Of a stretch of DNA of 64,000 nucleotides, positions 62,634 through 64,000 are shown piece after piece. A program made the translations under genes and the position numbers. Under the pieces are notes generated by a model that was not told the DNA's origin, ran no database searches, and saw nothing but the letters and a program-made list of their open reading frames with translations. The stretch covers positions 9,052,001-9,116,000 of the forward strand of contig JBHGNT010000005.1 of the NCBI GenBank assembly GCA_043228905.1. The letters run 5' to 3'. The stretch comes from Azolla caroliniana. Lineage: Eukaryota > Plantae > Polypodiophyta. Positions within the stretch are counted from its first letter, which is position 1. Each line of letters opens with the position of its first letter.

Positions 62634-63350
62634 CTATGAGCACTCTTTGTTGTAACCGCCGCAGCGAAGATTGAGAGCACGAGGTCGTTGCCTCTGTGCC
62701 TCCACTTTGTATTTTCCTCTCTTCATAGTGATAGTTCGGAGTCTATGGGCTCCCGTGGTTTTTCCCTATTAGGGTTTTCCACATAAACATCTTGTGTCAT
62801 TTTTCTGTGTACTCTCCTTCATTCCCATTTCTGTGATTCAAGACTCGGTTGTGGCCGAGCAATATTCCGCGCTAATCCGCTACAACTGGTATCAGAGCGA
62901 ACAACACAAGAAATGGAAGAATCGTTCGGCGGCATGTTCAAGATCCCCGGCTCCAACTACTCAGTGTGGAAGTCGAAGATGAGGGATATGCTAGTGGTCA
63001 AAGATCTTTGGTTGCTGGTCCAGTTCGGGGACAAGAGACCGAACAAGATCGATGCCACAATGTGGGAGGTGATGCACATGAAGACGACGGCATACATCTG
63101 GTGCTTCATAGACATGAGCTTGTACAACAACTTCAACGAAGAGAGCAAGGCTCATGAACTCTGGGAGAAGATCGACATTATGTTCCAAAACAAAAATGCC
63201 GTTAATCAGGTTTTGGTATTCCGGAAGCTAGTGAGGCTCCGGTACCAAGATGGCTCTAGTATGGCGGAGCACATGAATGCCTTCCAGGGATTGATCCACC
63301 GGGAAACCTCATTGGAAGTACGTCTTGCCGATGAGGTACTCACATTACTC
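62333..63350 (+). mobile_element. Copia M (related to I): 5' LTR 62333-62884, PBS and start of gag
   Basis: TGTTGGG start; blocks shared with LTR I; PBS 62887-62898; gag from 62913 (NYSVWKSKMRDML...MAEHMNAF). Confidence 0.85.
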
Positions 63351-64000
63351 CTGGATCCGGCTAACCGGCTCCCCAACTCACCAGCTCACTTGCTCACCGG
63401 CTCACCGATTCGGCTCATCCTTCCGGATGCCAATCCGACTCAGGCTTATTCAGTCGATCCGGATCCGGTTGAGCTTGCCACTTCAACACTCCCCCTCAAG
63501 CTCAACTTGAGGTTGGATCGTAGTGTCAGTCTCCATGGCAGCCGGTCCTTCCACTCGGCTCCTTCTGGCATCACTCCGCCTTGCTCGCGCTCCTCGTCCG
63601 GTTCGGTCCCGTTTGCCGCGACCCTTCGGATTCTAAGCACCTCGATCTCCTCGGTCGGCTTGTTTGCTCAACAGGCCCAATTTAGCTCCCCCGCTGCTGT
63701 GACTTTGGCGCTTGCCGATTCGTCGATTCCTTCGTGTTGGCGTCGACTTTCTCTACCTTCTCGTCCTCTTGGCCTTGAATTGATCTGATTCTTCCGAATC
63801 CGTCTATTGAATCGAATCGGCTGTCTCCGACTCGTTCCAGCTCTTGTCTAAATCGGTGTCTCCCGATTTGTCTTCCAGTTCCAGGCCCTTCACCACATCG
63901 GACCATGTCCGGGTCTTGGCCTTCTTCTTCCGGTCGGCTCTATCCTTCTTGACTCTACCGCCGTTGCCGCTTGTTCTGGCTTGTTCGGATGTGTCACCTT
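63351..64000 (-). mobile_element. 3' end of another LTR element N (PPT and truncated 3' LTR), fused to M's gag
   Basis: The minus strand reads AGGGGGAG-TGTTGAAG at 63496-63481; M's gag similarity stops abruptly at about 63350. Confidence 0.5.

Overview
Plant nuclear DNA, probably from a seed-free vascular plant such as a fern. That assignment is an inference from the Tcn1-like chromoviruses and GA/CA-microsatellite-rich LTRs. Positions 1-33.6 kb are one deeply nested transposon stack that I resolved by matching LTRs, target-site duplications (TSDs) and restored reading frames: hAT-MITE > Copia A > Copia B > element C > Copia F > Gypsy G > (Copia H, element D). An intact young Copia (I) sits in F, and elements E and J sit in B. 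Next come a degenerate full-length LINE (34.2-39.5 kb), a hAT-MITE, and two convergent host genes: a Nudix-fold-like protein (+) and a 5-exon tryptophan synthase beta gene (-). After these are a Tc1/mariner-type MITE with a palindromic minisatellite, a hAT element inside a LINE fragment, and a second nest (57.1-64 kb). Four observations stand out. (1) Five TGTC...GACA LTR-like inserts (E begins CGTC) make 4-bp TSDs whose target is centred on CpG. (2) tRNA-like Pol III A-box/B-box modules sit in the U3 of several different LTRs. (3) The chromovirus G has no tRNA PBS but a Tf1-type self-priming site. (4) G also has a canonical -1 ribosomal frameshift signal. All coordinates were read by eye; no alignments or database searches were run.
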